Positions 1 through 9,083 of a stretch of 24,000 bases of DNA are shown here, in pieces. Under the pieces are notes generated by a model. The model was not told where the DNA came from, searched no databases, and was given only the letters and a program-made list of their open reading frames with translations. This stretch comes from Tissierellales bacterium (lineage in GTDB: Bacteria > Bacillota > Clostridia > Tissierellales > Sedimentibacteraceae). The stretch lies in contig JAHDQO010000002.1 in NCBI GenBank assembly GCA_018433765.1, positions 191,874 to 215,873 on the forward strand. Reading direction: 5' to 3'. Every line of letters begins with the position of its first letter. The stretch's first letter is position 1. The position numbers and the translations under genes were made by a program.

Positions 1-735
1 CATATTATTTCTTTCTGCTGCTAATGATAAACAATATAATGATTTAGAAGTATATCCTGTTTTAACTCCTAATATTCCTTTATATGTTTTAACTAATTTA
101 TTTGTATTTACAAGAACTTGTTCTACATCTTTTTCTTTGCCTACATATATGCTATCTATCCATGTAGTTAAATATGGTCGTAGATATTCATATTTTAATA
201 ATTCTTGTGACATTAAAGCAACATCATAGGCACATGAATAATGGTTATCATCATGAAGACCTGTAACATTTTGAAAATTAGTGTTTGTCATTCCTAACTT
301 TACAGCTTTCTTGTTCATTTGTGAAACAAATTCTTCTTCACTGCCTGCAACATGTTCAGCCATAGCCAGTGCAGCATCATTAGAAGATCTAATACATATT
401 GCCTTTATTAAATTCTCTACAGTTTGAATTTCATTAGCTTCTAGGTATACTTGGCTTCCTCCCATACCTGATGCGTTTTCTGATACAACTACTTCGTCTT
501 TTAAAGTTAACTCTCCATTTTCTATTTTTTCAGAAACTAGAACTAAAAGCATTATTTTAGTTATACTAGCTGGATAGAGTTTTTCTTTACTATCTTTTTC
601 AAATAAGATTCTTCCATCTTCAGAATTTATTAATATAACTGATTTAGATGTAAAACTATCTTGTTCCATACCGAAGCAGCTTAGACTATTAATAATTAAT
701 ATAAAAATAATAAATATAGTTATTTTTTTACTCAT
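1..735 (-). CDS. dacF: D-alanyl-D-alanine carboxypeptidase (low-MW PBP, peptidase S11); C-terminal end runs off the window
   Basis: Not in the ORF track. My hand translation from ATG 735-733 (RBS AGGAGG at 746-741) gives MSKKITIFIIFILIINSLSCFGMEQDSF... It contains all three PBP motifs: SxxK (PASITK), SxN (RSSND) and KTG (GVKTGYT). The frame stays open to base 1. The symbol rests only on synteny (deoB-pdp-dacF, as in B. subtilis drm-pupG-dacF). Confidence 0.85.
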   Translation of the reverse strand, partial: MSKKITIFIIFILIINSLSCFGMEQDSFTSKSVILINSEDGRILFEKDSKEKLYPASITKIMLLVLVSEKIENGELTLKDEVVVSENASGMGGSQVYLEANEIQTVENLIKAICIRSSNDAALAMAEHVAGSEEEFVSQMNKKAVKLGMTNTNFQNVTGLHDDNHYSCAYDVALMSQELLKYEYLRPYLTTWIDSIYVGKEKDVEQVLVNTNKLVKTYKGILGVKTGYTSKSLYCLSLAAERNNM

Positions 736-754
736 AAAAACCTCCTTTATGAGT

Positions 755-783
755 TATGATAACCACATTTTTTCTATATATTC
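755..783 (-). promoter_or_regulatory. Candidate forespore (sigma-F/sigma-G type) promoter for the carboxypeptidase gene
   Basis: The minus strand reads GAATA (783-779), a 14-nt spacer, then GGTTATCATA (764-755). This compares with my recalled consensus GYATA/GHATR-15-GGnnAnAHTR with one mismatch in each element. Motif match only. Confidence 0.3.
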
Positions 784-784
784 A

Positions 785-2113
785 TTATTTATACTCTTTA
801 AAACCATTATCATCTACTATTCCATATATAAGTTTCTTATTAATATTTATATTTGTATCTATTTCAAATGCTGAAAGGATAATTTTTGTTATACTATCTA
901 TATTTTCTTTTTTATTTGTATGAATTTCGGCTATGCAATCGTCTTTTGATACTTCTTCATTTGTTTTTTTATATAAAACAACACCTGTACTGTGCTGAAT
1001 ATTGTCTTCCTTTTTTTCTCTTCCAGCACCTGCTAACAGAGCAGCTTTGCCTATTTTTTCAGCATCTATATTTTGAATATTTCCAGATTTAATTGAGTTG
1101 ATTTTTGTTATATATTTACATTTATCAAATAAACAATAATCTTTAATTATTTTTGCATTTCCATGCTGAAGATTTATAAATGTTTCAAAATACCTTAATG
1201 CTTTCCCAGAATTTATTGAATTTTCAGCTTTTTTTAATCCTTCGTCCATATTGCAAACAACACCTGTCATATGAAAGATGTTTGCAGCCAAAAATAAACA
1301 CAAATGTGTAAAATCATTTGGTCCATTACCTTTTAACGTTTCAACAGCTTCAATAACTTCCAAAGAATTTCCTACGGCTCTTCCTAACGGTTCATACATA
1401 TTAGTAATGACCGCTCTTACTTTTTTATTAAAAGCGTCTCCAATTGCTACCATTGTTTTAGATAGTACTACAGCATCTTGTAAATTCTTCATAAAAGCAC
1501 CGTTTCCAACTTTTACATCTAATAGTATATAATCAGCACCTGAAGCAATTTTTTTTGACATAATACTACTAGCTATAAGTTGTATATTATCTACAGTAGC
1601 AGTAACATCTCTTAATGAATATAATTTTTTATCTGCTGGTACTAAATTAGATGTTTGTCCGCATATAACAAATCCATTCTTATTAATAATTTCTTTTATT
1701 TTTTTTTCACTCAAATTTATTTGAAACCCTTCAATTGATTCTAGTTTATCTAAGGTTCCTCCTGTATGTCCAAGGCCTCTTCCAGACATTTTAGATATTT
1801 TTAATCCATTTGAAGCTAAGATTGGAAGAAGTACTAAAGATGTTTTATCACCAACTCCACCAGTGCTGTGTTTATCAACTTTAATACCTTGAATATCAGA
1901 AATATCAACTGTATCTCCAGAATTAATCATTGCTTCTGTTAATAAAATAGTTTCATTCATGTTTAACTTATTAAACCATATTGACATTAAAAGTGACGAA
2001 ACTTGATAGTCTGGTATACTCTTATTAACATATCCATTTATAAAAAAATTAATTTCTTCTTTTGTTAATTCTTTCCCTAATTTCTTTTTTGTTATAATAT
2101 CATACATTAACAT
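785..2113 (-). CDS. pdp: Pyrimidine-nucleoside phosphorylase
   Basis: 442-aa ORF. The N-terminus MLMYDIITKKKLGKELTKEEINFFINGY..IPDYQVSSLLMSI and the KHSTGGVGDK and SGRGLGHTGGTLDKLESI motifs are typical of Pdp/thymidine phosphorylase. It starts 4 nt after the deoB stop. Confidence 0.93.
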   Translation of the reverse strand: MLMYDIITKKKLGKELTKEEINFFINGYVNKSIPDYQVSSLLMSIWFNKLNMNETILLTEAMINSGDTVDISDIQGIKVDKHSTGGVGDKTSLVLLPILASNGLKISKMSGRGLGHTGGTLDKLESIEGFQINLSEKKIKEIINKNGFVICGQTSNLVPADKKLYSLRDVTATVDNIQLIASSIMSKKIASGADYILLDVKVGNGAFMKNLQDAVVLSKTMVAIGDAFNKKVRAVITNMYEPLGRAVGNSLEVIEAVETLKGNGPNDFTHLCLFLAANIFHMTGVVCNMDEGLKKAENSINSGKALRYFETFINLQHGNAKIIKDYCLFDKCKYITKINSIKSGNIQNIDAEKIGKAALLAGAGREKKEDNIQHSTGVVLYKKTNEEVSKDDCIAEIHTNKKENIDSITKIILSAFEIDTNININKKLIYGIVDDNGFKEYK

Positions 2114-2117
2114 ATTA

Positions 2118-3290
2118 TCACCTTAATATTTTATCTTTCACACTATATCCTGATAAATCATTATCTATATCAAATATATCCAATATTGTTTTTCCAATGC
2201 ATGCATAAGTTTCTAATGTACCTAAATTATTTGATTTTTTGATATTATTTCCATAAATGATTAAAGGAATATATTCTCTTGAGTGATCAGTGCTTTCTGT
2301 AGTAGGATCACAACCATGATCAGCAGTTATTATTAATATGTCATTATCATCTAATGAACTGATTATTTCAGGTAATTTTGAGTCAAAGTATTTTAAAGCT
2401 TCAGAATAACCAATAACGTCATTTCTATGTCCATATAACATATCAAAATCAACTAAATTGGTAAAAATTAAACCATCAAATTTTTTATTAATAGCCTTTA
2501 TAGTTTCTTCAATTCCATCAGCATTATTTTTAGTGTGTATAGATTCTGAAATTCCTTTATTAGAAAAAATATCGCTAATTTTTCCAACAGCTAGAACATG
2601 TTTACCATTATTTTTTAGATAATCTAACATCGTATCTTTAAAAGGCTTAACTGAAAAATCTTTTCTATTTTCAGTTCTTTTAAAATTACCTTCTGTACCA
2701 ATAAAAGGACGAGCTATTACTCTACCTACATTATAATCATCTATTAGCATATCTCTTGCAATTTGACATATTGAATACAATTCTTTAACAGATATAACAT
2801 CTTCATGAGCAGCTATTTGAAAAACACTATCCGCAGACGTATATACAATTGGACTACCAGTATTTATATGTTCTACACCTAAATCTTTTATTATTTCTGT
2901 GCCAGATGCTACTATATTACCTAATATTTTTCGACCTATTTTGTCTTCAAATTGTCTAATTAATTTTTGAGGAAATCCATTTGGAAAAACCGGAAAGGGA
3001 TTATCTAATATTAAACCGCTTATTTCCCAATGTCCAGTTGTAGTATCTTTTCCTTTTGATTTTTCTGCACATCTAGCTATAGTAGCATTATATTGATCTG
3101 ACTTCTTAATTTCTGATAATCCTTCTATATTAGTAATTCCTAATTTTTCCAAATTAGGAAGTGAGAATTGTTTTACAGATTTGTATATATTTTTTAAGGT
3201 ATTGCTTCCAACATCATTATACTCTATAGCATCAGGAAGTTCTCCAATACCTAAACTATCTAAAACTATTATAATAACTCTATTTTTCAT
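2118..3290 (-). CDS. deoB: Phosphopentomutase
   Basis: ORF 2118-3302. It has the alkaline-phosphatase-superfamily metal motifs (IIVLDSLGIGELPDA, TADHGCDPT) and DeoB-like length. I prefer the ATG at 3290 (MKNRV...) because GGAGG at 3300-3296 sits inside the longer ORF as its RBS. Confidence 0.92.
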   Translation of the reverse strand: MKNRVIIIVLDSLGIGELPDAIEYNDVGSNTLKNIYKSVKQFSLPNLEKLGITNIEGLSEIKKSDQYNATIARCAEKSKGKDTTTGHWEISGLILDNPFPVFPNGFPQKLIRQFEDKIGRKILGNIVASGTEIIKDLGVEHINTGSPIVYTSADSVFQIAAHEDVISVKELYSICQIARDMLIDDYNVGRVIARPFIGTEGNFKRTENRKDFSVKPFKDTMLDYLKNNGKHVLAVGKISDIFSNKGISESIHTKNNADGIEETIKAINKKFDGLIFTNLVDFDMLYGHRNDVIGYSEALKYFDSKLPEIISSLDDNDILIITADHGCDPTTESTDHSREYIPLIIYGNNIKKSNNLGTLETYACIGKTILDIFDIDNDLSGYSVKDKILR

Positions 3291-3302
3291 TTCTACCTCC
3301 AT

Positions 3303-4178
3303 TTAAGCTCGTGGATGAGTTTTTTTAAATACATCTATAGATTTATTTTTAATATTTCCCAAATAAATTTGAGTAGCAGTTATGTTTTTGTGTCCTAACA
3401 GTTTCTGCACTGAAATTAAATCAGCTCCATTGTTTAATAAGTGAACAGCAAAAGAATTTCTTAAAATTTGAGGAGATAATTCTTTACCAATATCTAATTT
3501 TTTTTGGTAAAATTTAAGTATCTTCCATATGCCTTGTCTCGTTATAGGATGTCCGTTAAAATTTATGAAAACATATTGACTTTCCTTAGGCGCTTTTTGA
3601 CTCCTATAATTATTTAAGTAATGTTTAATTCTTTCTTCAGCAATTTTGCCTAACGGTATAATTCTTTCCTTTTTGCCATCTATATATACAAATGAAGCAC
3701 TAAAGTTTATATCTTTAATTTCTAATTTTATTAATTCACTTACTTTAATACCAGAAGAATAAAACAATTCTAAAATTGCACCATCTCTAGAACCCTTAAA
3801 GCTATTTTCATCTGGCAGATTCAATAAACTATTGATTTGTTCAATAGTTAATATTTCAGGTATTTTTTTAATTTGCTTAGGACTGTGAATTGCTATTACA
3901 GGATTGTTTGCTATTACTTTATTATTAATCAAAAAATTAAAAAAGATTTTAAGTGAAGATATATTTCTAGAAATAGTTGCAGTGCTTTTGCCCTCTTTTT
4001 GTAAATTAACTAAATAAGTTAATATCATTCCCTTTGTAGTTTGTTCTATTAATATATCATATTCTTTTTTTAAATAATCAATAAATTTTTTTATATCTAT
4101 TAAATAAGAACTTACTGAATTACTAGAAAAATCTTTACTAACTAAATATTTATTAAAATCATTAATATAATTATCCAT
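3303..4178 (-). CDS. xerD: Tyrosine site-specific recombinase XerD (chromosome dimer resolution)
   Basis: ORF 3303-4232. It has an N-terminal SAM-like core-binding domain plus a catalytic C-terminus (LRNSFAVHLL, LLGHKNITATQIY). The likely start is ATG 4178-4176 (MDNYINDF...), preceded by GGTGGGA, which overlaps the spoIIM stop by 1 nt (TAATG). Confidence 0.85.
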   Translation of the reverse strand: MDNYINDFNKYLVSKDFSSNSVSSYLIDIKKFIDYLKKEYDILIEQTTKGMILTYLVNLQKEGKSTATISRNISSLKIFFNFLINNKVIANNPVIAIHSPKQIKKIPEILTIEQINSLLNLPDENSFKGSRDGAILELFYSSGIKVSELIKLEIKDINFSASFVYIDGKKERIIPLGKIAEERIKHYLNNYRSQKAPKESQYVFINFNGHPITRQGIWKILKFYQKKLDIGKELSPQILRNSFAVHLLNNGADLISVQKLLGHKNITATQIYLGNIKNKSIDVFKKTHPRA

Positions 4179-4759
4179 TATCCCACCAGCATTTTGAATA
4201 AAATAGTTAAATAACCGCAATAAATTAAACAATATAATATTACAATAAATATATAAATTATTGTCAGTTTAATATAACTATTTGTTATTATATCAAATTT
4301 ATATGATTTAGTCTCTATTATTTTATTTTTTTTAATATAATTTGATATAGATATTGATATAAAAGAATAGTGTACTAAAAAAGGAAAATAAAAAATGTAA
4401 TCGGGTAAAGTAAAAATTAAATATAGTTTATCAGTTTGCAAAATTTTAACACAATATATTATAGATAATCCCCAAAATGTTGATATTATCATAAATAATG
4501 AATAAATTAATTTATTGTAACCTAATAAAGCAATTATAAATATAAGAATCAAAGATAAAATATTGCGAGTAAATACATTCATAAAAATTGAGAAAAAAGG
4601 TAAGCTTTTAATAGCTGTATAGTCTATATTTATTAATCTACCATGCTGAGTAATATAGTATATTATAGATGAAAATAATAAAGATATAATTAATACAATC
4701 ATTAAAAAAATTAAATTTTTTTTCTGTGAACTTGTTACTTTTCTAATTACTTTGTACAC
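4178..4759 (-). CDS. spoIIM: Stage II sporulation protein M (SpoIIM/DUF95 family polytopic membrane protein)
   Basis: ORF 4178-4819. The product is a multi-TM protein of SpoIIM-like size, in the conserved position next to xerD. I prefer the GTG start at 4759-4757, which lies 9 nt after AGGAGG (4774-4769). The ATG at 4819 lies 5' of the terminator-like hairpin and has no RBS. Confidence 0.65.
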   Translation of the reverse strand: MYKVIRKVTSSQKKNLIFLMIVLIISLLFSSIIYYITQHGRLINIDYTAIKSLPFFSIFMNVFTRNILSLILIFIIALLGYNKLIYSLFMIISTFWGLSIIYCVKILQTDKLYLIFTLPDYIFYFPFLVHYSFISISISNYIKKNKIIETKSYKFDIITNSYIKLTIIYIFIVILYCLIYCGYLTILFKMLVG

Positions 4760-4808
4760 AAATAAAAACCTCCTGTACAGCTTAATATATTTTATGCTTG
4801 TACAGGAG
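4760..4808 (-). terminator. Intrinsic-terminator-like hairpin between nudF and spoIIM; its 3' arm contains the spoIIM Shine-Dalgarno
   Basis: On the minus strand, CTCCTGTACA (4808-4799) pairs perfectly with TGTACAGGAG (4779-4770). Two more G-C pairs follow across a 1-nt bulge, leaving a 14-nt AU loop. The stem is followed by G then TTTTTATTT (4768-4760) and GTG. Confidence 0.55.
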
Positions 4809-4816
4809 TAATATGA
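4789..4816 (-). promoter_or_regulatory. Candidate sigma-E-type (mother-cell) promoter for spoIIM
   Basis: The minus strand reads TCATATT (4816-4810), a 13-nt spacer, then CATAAAAT (4796-4789). This compares with my recalled consensus kmATATT-(13-15)-CATACAmT at 7/7 and 7/8. spoIIM is sigma-E dependent in B. subtilis. Confidence 0.4.
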
Positions 4817-4819
4817 CAT

Positions 4820-5344
4820 TTATATCTGAAAATAACTTAGGATGCCTATAATGGTTTTACTATCAATTATTTTACCTGATTTAATCATTTCTCTTGCATC
4901 ATCCAAATTGACAAATAGCAATTCAATGAATTCATCCTCATCAGGTTCTGCACCAGTTTCAATTAGATCTGTTGCTTTATATAAATAAATCTTTTCAGTA
5001 CAAAATCCTGGAGAAGTATAAAATTGGCATATTTTTTCTATATTCTTTGCTTCAAATCCTGTTTCCTCTTTTAGCTCTCTTTTAGCACAATCAATGCTCT
5101 TTTCATTGCTTTCTATTTTTCCAGCAGGTAATTCCAATAAGAAATCTTCTGCAGCTTTTCTAAATTGCTTAACCAATATTATTTCATTATTATCAGTTAC
5201 AGCTAAAATTGCCACTGCTCCATTATGTTCAATAATTTCTCTTTTTTTGTATTTCTTATTTGGTAATTCAACTGTGTCAACTCTTAGTTTTAATATTTTC
5301 CCCTCAAATATTTTTTCACTGTTTAATGTTATTTCATTATTCAA
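4820..5344 (-). CDS. nudF: ADP-ribose pyrophosphatase (Nudix hydrolase)
   Basis: 174-aa ORF. The Nudix box is GKIESNEKSIDCAKRELKEETGF. The TTG start at 5344 lies 7 nt after AGGAGG, which overlaps the spo0A stop codon. Confidence 0.85.
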   Translation of the reverse strand: MNNEITLNSEKIFEGKILKLRVDTVELPNKKYKKREIIEHNGAVAILAVTDNNEIILVKQFRKAAEDFLLELPAGKIESNEKSIDCAKRELKEETGFEAKNIEKICQFYTSPGFCTEKIYLYKATDLIETGAEPDEDEFIELLFVNLDDAREMIKSGKIIDSKTIIGILSYFQI

Positions 5345-5355
5345 AAAACTTCCTC

Positions 5356-6165
5356 CTATGAAATTTTTTGTTCGAGCCTCAATTTATCTGATATCATTGC
5401 TATAAATTCACTATTTGTGGGTTTTCCCTTATTGTTGTGTATAGTGTAACCAAATATTTCGTTTATTGTTTCAATTCTACCTCTATTCCAAGCAACTTCT
5501 ATTGCATGTCTTATAGCTCTTTCAACTCTACTAGGTGTAGTTCCATATTTTTTTGCAATACTAGGATAAAGTTCTTTTGTTATAGCACCAAGCAATTCAA
5601 TGTTATTAATTACATCTAATATTGATGTCCTTAGATATTGATAACCTTTTATATGTGCAGGAACCCCAACTTCATGAAGTATTTCTGTTATTTTAGATTC
5701 TAATGTATATTCTGTACGAACTTTTTCATTGATTGTCATTTCTTTATTCTTCACAAAAATACCAGAAGACTCAAAACCTGCTATTTGCATTAATCTTTCT
5801 GCAAAAGAATCAAAATTAAAAGGTTTTACAACATAATAATCAACACCCATATGAATGGCTTTTTGAGTTATTTTATCATGACCCACTGCTGATAGGACTA
5901 CAACTTTAGGAAATTTTCTAAGATTCATTTTATGCATCTTTTCTAAAACTCCTAGTCCATCTAAATGAGGCATGATAATATCAAGTATCAAAATATCTGG
6001 TTCCAGTTTCTCAATTTTTTCAATGGCTTTTAATCCATCATCAGCCATTCCTGCAACTTCAAATACTTTTTTACTTGATAGAAAGTCTTTGAGAATCACC
6101 CTAAAATCTCTGTTATCATCTGCTATTACAATTTTTACCTTATTCTTCAAAAATAATCCCCCCAT
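5356..6165 (-). CDS. spo0A: Sporulation master response regulator Spo0A
   Basis: The ORF has a receiver domain (VIADDN..., [13 protein letters not shown]) and the Spo0A-specific C-terminal DNA-binding signature ([17 protein letters not shown]). The true start could be the in-frame TTG at 6150 rather than the ATG at 6165. Confidence 0.95.
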   Translation of the reverse strand: MGGLFLKNKVKIVIADDNRDFRVILKDFLSSKKVFEVAGMADDGLKAIEKIEKLEPDILILDIIMPHLDGLGVLEKMHKMNLRKFPKVVVLSAVGHDKITQKAIHMGVDYYVVKPFNFDSFAERLMQIAGFESSGIFVKNKEMTINEKVRTEYTLESKITEILHEVGVPAHIKGYQYLRTSILDVINNIELLGAITKELYPSIAKKYGTTPSRVERAIRHAIEVAWNRGRIETINEIFGYTIHNNKGKPTNSEFIAMISDKLRLEQKIS

Positions 6166-6193
6166 TCCAAATTTTTCTATATTATCTATCTTT

Positions 6194-6222
6194 ATATTCG
6201 CTTTAAATATAAAATTCCCTTT
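6194..6222 (-). promoter_or_regulatory. Candidate sigma-H-type promoter upstream of spo0A
   Basis: The minus strand reads AAAGGGAAT (6222-6214), an 11-nt spacer, then AGCGAATAT (6202-6194). This compares with my recalled consensus RNAGGAWWW-(11-12)-RNNGAATWW with one mismatch in the -35. Motif match only. Confidence 0.3.
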
Positions 6223-6237
6223 ATTTTTTTTATTTTT

Positions 6238-7338
6238 TTAAATATCGGACGACTTATTATAATTTTCATCAAATAACCATTCAATATAAATTCCATATCC
6301 CTTATTAGGATCATTTGTAAAAACATGTGTAACTGAACCAACTAACTTGTTATCTTGAATTATTGGACAACCACTCATTCCTTGTATTATACCATTAGTA
6401 TAATTTAGCAATTGTTTATCTGTGATCTTAATAACCATACTTTTAGAAGACGGTTTATATTGCTTATATAACTTAGTTATTTCAATATCATATTCCTTAA
6501 CTTCACCATCTATAGAAGCATATATGCTTGCTGGTCCAGTGTGTATTTCATTTCTATTGCCAACCTCAATTAAATCCTTGGAAAAAAAATCAATCTTTGC
6601 ATCGTTAACTTTTCCAAAAATTCCATATTTCGTATTCTTCTCTACATTTCCTAATGCACCACCTTCTTTCATTATATAACCTATAATTTCTCCTGGTTCA
6701 CCTTTTTTTCCTACTTTAATATTTGTTACTTGTGCTTTAGATATTATACCTGCATCAACATCAATTAATTTGCCTGTATCTGTATCAGTAATTCCGTGTG
6801 CTATAGCACCAAAGTCATATGTTTGTGGATTAATATATGTCATAGTACCTATTCCAGCAATGTTATCTCTAGCCCAAAAACCAAATTTAATATCATCAGT
6901 TTTATAGCTTTCTACAGGTGTCATTTTGATTTTTATTTCCTGATTATTTCTATCAATTGTAAATAAATATTCTTTAACTTTATTTTTATTTGCATAATAA
7001 ATTATATCACTAGTTTTATTCACCGGTTCATTATCAATAGCAATAACTTTATCACCAATTTTAATTCCTGATTTTTTAGCTGGTGAAGTTGTTACTTTTT
7101 CATTTGTAACTATATCAGCTAATCCTACAACTAATACTCCTTTAGTTTTTAATTCTACACCTATAGTTTGACCTCCAGGTATAATATATTGAGCATAATT
7201 GCTTACTTTCTCATTATTGTCAGATTTAGATAAAAGGTTTAATGGATTTATAGTATTGGTGAGAGTATATGTTTTAACTCCTAAAATAATAGAGAGCAAT
7301 AAAATAAAGAGTAAAACAGATTTGTTATATCTTTTCAT
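6238..7338 (-). CDS. spoIVB: SpoIVB signalling serine peptidase (S55) with PDZ domain
   Basis: 366-aa ORF with an N-terminal TM/signal segment, a PDZ-like region (GIKIGDKVIAIDNEPV) and a catalytic-Ser context GMSGCPI...GSVTHVF. It lies directly upstream of spo0A, as in Bacillus and Clostridium. Confidence 0.92.
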   Translation of the reverse strand: MKRYNKSVLLFILLLSIILGVKTYTLTNTINPLNLLSKSDNNEKVSNYAQYIIPGGQTIGVELKTKGVLVVGLADIVTNEKVTTSPAKKSGIKIGDKVIAIDNEPVNKTSDIIYYANKNKVKEYLFTIDRNNQEIKIKMTPVESYKTDDIKFGFWARDNIAGIGTMTYINPQTYDFGAIAHGITDTDTGKLIDVDAGIISKAQVTNIKVGKKGEPGEIIGYIMKEGGALGNVEKNTKYGIFGKVNDAKIDFFSKDLIEVGNRNEIHTGPASIYASIDGEVKEYDIEITKLYKQYKPSSKSMVIKITDKQLLNYTNGIIQGMSGCPIIQDNKLVGSVTHVFTNDPNKGYGIYIEWLFDENYNKSSDI

Positions 7339-7363
7339 CAGATTCTCCTTTAAGTTTTACTCT

Positions 7364-7393
7364 TAATTTTTCCTCTATATAAATAAATTATTC
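7364..7393 (-). promoter_or_regulatory. Candidate forespore (sigma-F/sigma-G type) promoter for spoIVB
   Basis: The minus strand reads GAATA (7393-7389, overlapping the recN stop by 1 nt), a 15-nt spacer, then GGAAAAATTA (7373-7364). The -10 fits GGnnAnAHTR at every specified position. spoIVB is sigma-F/G dependent in B. subtilis. Confidence 0.4.
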
Positions 7394-9072
7394 TAAATTT
7401 TGTTACTAAAATCTATCAATTCCTTTGCGTTATTTATGGACTTTTCTGTAATATTCATTCCGCTTAAAAGTCTTGCAATTTCTTGTGTTCTTTCATCATC
7501 TTCAAGTTTTTTTATAATGCTATAAGTGCTATTTTTACTTATATTTTTCTCAATTAGTAAATGTTTATCTGCAAAAGATGCTACTTGTGGTGAATGAGTA
7601 ACACAAATTACTTGATGATTATCAGAAATATATTTCATTTTAATACCAGCCATTTGAGAAGTTTTGCCACTTATTCCAGTATCAATCTCATCAAATACTA
7701 TAGTTGGTATTAAATCAATGTCTGACATAATTTTTTTAAAAGCTAACATTAGTCGAGAAGCTTCTCCGCCAGAAACAATTTTTTGAACAGAATCTAAATC
7801 ACTTCCTACATTAGTAGATATTAAAAATTCTATGTCATCTTTTCCTTCCTCAGTAAAATCTTCTGTAGAATCAATACTTACTTTAAAATTTACATTTTTC
7901 ATATTTAAATCATTTAACTCTTGAATAATATTCTTTTCTAGTAAATGAGCAGATTTTTTTCTAATGTCGGTTAACTTGTTAGAAGATAATTTTAGCTTTT
8001 TATATACTGCATCAATTTCTTTATTTAATTTAGCTATATTTAAATCAATATCCAATAAAAATTTGAGTTCATTAGCACAATTCTCTTTATATTCTTCAAT
8101 TTTTTCAAAAGTATAACCATATTTTCTTTTCATTCTATTAATCAAAGAAATTCTTTCTTCAATTAAATTAATACTTTCTTTGTCAACTTGCAAACTTTCA
8201 GTATAATTTAAAATATTAAACAATAATTCTTGAATATTGTCTATTATAATATCTAATTTAGAATTATTAATAGAGAGTTCTTCATCGTAATCTTTTATCT
8301 TAGTTAAAATCTTTGATGAAGCTATAATATTATTTATGGCAGAAGTATCTGAATCATTAATAAATACAACTACCTTTTCTAAACTATTTTTTATTTCTTT
8401 TATATTAGATAGTTTTTTAATTTGTTTTAGTAATGAATCTTCTTCTCCATTTTTAATATTTGCTGAATTAATTTCATCAAGTTCATATTTTAGTTGTTCA
8501 ATTCTACTTTCTTTATTTTCAAAGCTATTATGTAGTTCATCAATCTCTTTTATAAGTTTTTTATAATATTTATATGTATCTTTATATTTTTTCTTAATTT
8601 CTAAAACTTCTTCAAACATCAAATTATCAAGAATTTTAATGTGATTTTCTTTTTTTAACAATGATTGATGTCCAAATTGACCATGTATATTAATTAAGTA
8701 AGAAGATACTATTTTTAAATTGTTCAAAGTAATCATTCTATTATTTATTCTTGAAATACTTTTTCCAGTGCTTAAAAGTTCTCTTGATATAATTAATAAA
8801 TTATCTTCATCTATCTCAAAACCATTTTTTATGAGTAATTCAATTAATCTATCATTTTTAGTAATATCAAAAACAGCTTCTACTATAGCTTTAGTTTGTC
8901 CTTTTCTTATAAGGTTTCTATTTGCTCTCATACCAAGCAATAATAAAACAGATTCAATTATAATAGATTTTCCTGAACCTGTTTCTCCTGTAATGATATT
9001 TAATCCTTTATGAAAATTAATATTTCCTGTTTCAAAAACAGCAAGATTATTTATACTTAAACTTAAAAGCAT
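7393..9072 (-). CDS. recN: DNA repair protein RecN (SMC-like ATPase)
   Basis: ORF 7393-9084. It has Walker A GETGSGKS, a long coiled-coil middle, the ABC signature SGGEASR and Walker B IVFDEIDTG. I prefer the ATG at 9072 because MLLSLSINNLAVFE is the usual RecN N-terminus; the ATG at 9084 (TAATG overlap with argR) is also possible. Confidence 0.93.
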   Translation of the reverse strand: MLLSLSINNLAVFETGNINFHKGLNIITGETGSGKSIIIESVLLLLGMRANRNLIRKGQTKAIVEAVFDITKNDRLIELLIKNGFEIDEDNLLIISRELLSTGKSISRINNRMITLNNLKIVSSYLINIHGQFGHQSLLKKENHIKILDNLMFEEVLEIKKKYKDTYKYYKKLIKEIDELHNSFENKESRIEQLKYELDEINSANIKNGEEDSLLKQIKKLSNIKEIKNSLEKVVVFINDSDTSAINNIIASSKILTKIKDYDEELSINNSKLDIIIDNIQELLFNILNYTESLQVDKESINLIEERISLINRMKRKYGYTFEKIEEYKENCANELKFLLDIDLNIAKLNKEIDAVYKKLKLSSNKLTDIRKKSAHLLEKNIIQELNDLNMKNVNFKVSIDSTEDFTEEGKDDIEFLISTNVGSDLDSVQKIVSGGEASRLMLAFKKIMSDIDLIPTIVFDEIDTGISGKTSQMAGIKMKYISDNHQVICVTHSPQVASFADKHLLIEKNISKNSTYSIIKKLEDDERTQEIARLLSGMNITEKSINNAKELIDFSNKI

Positions 9073-9083
9073 AATATCACCCA

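Noticed and set aside
3303-4232. Tyrosine recombinase as a possible integrase marking a mobile element
   Set aside because: Its length, its two-domain layout and its position beside spoIIM, deoB and pdp match chromosomal XerD. I saw no flanking repeats, tRNA target, excisionase or cargo genes.
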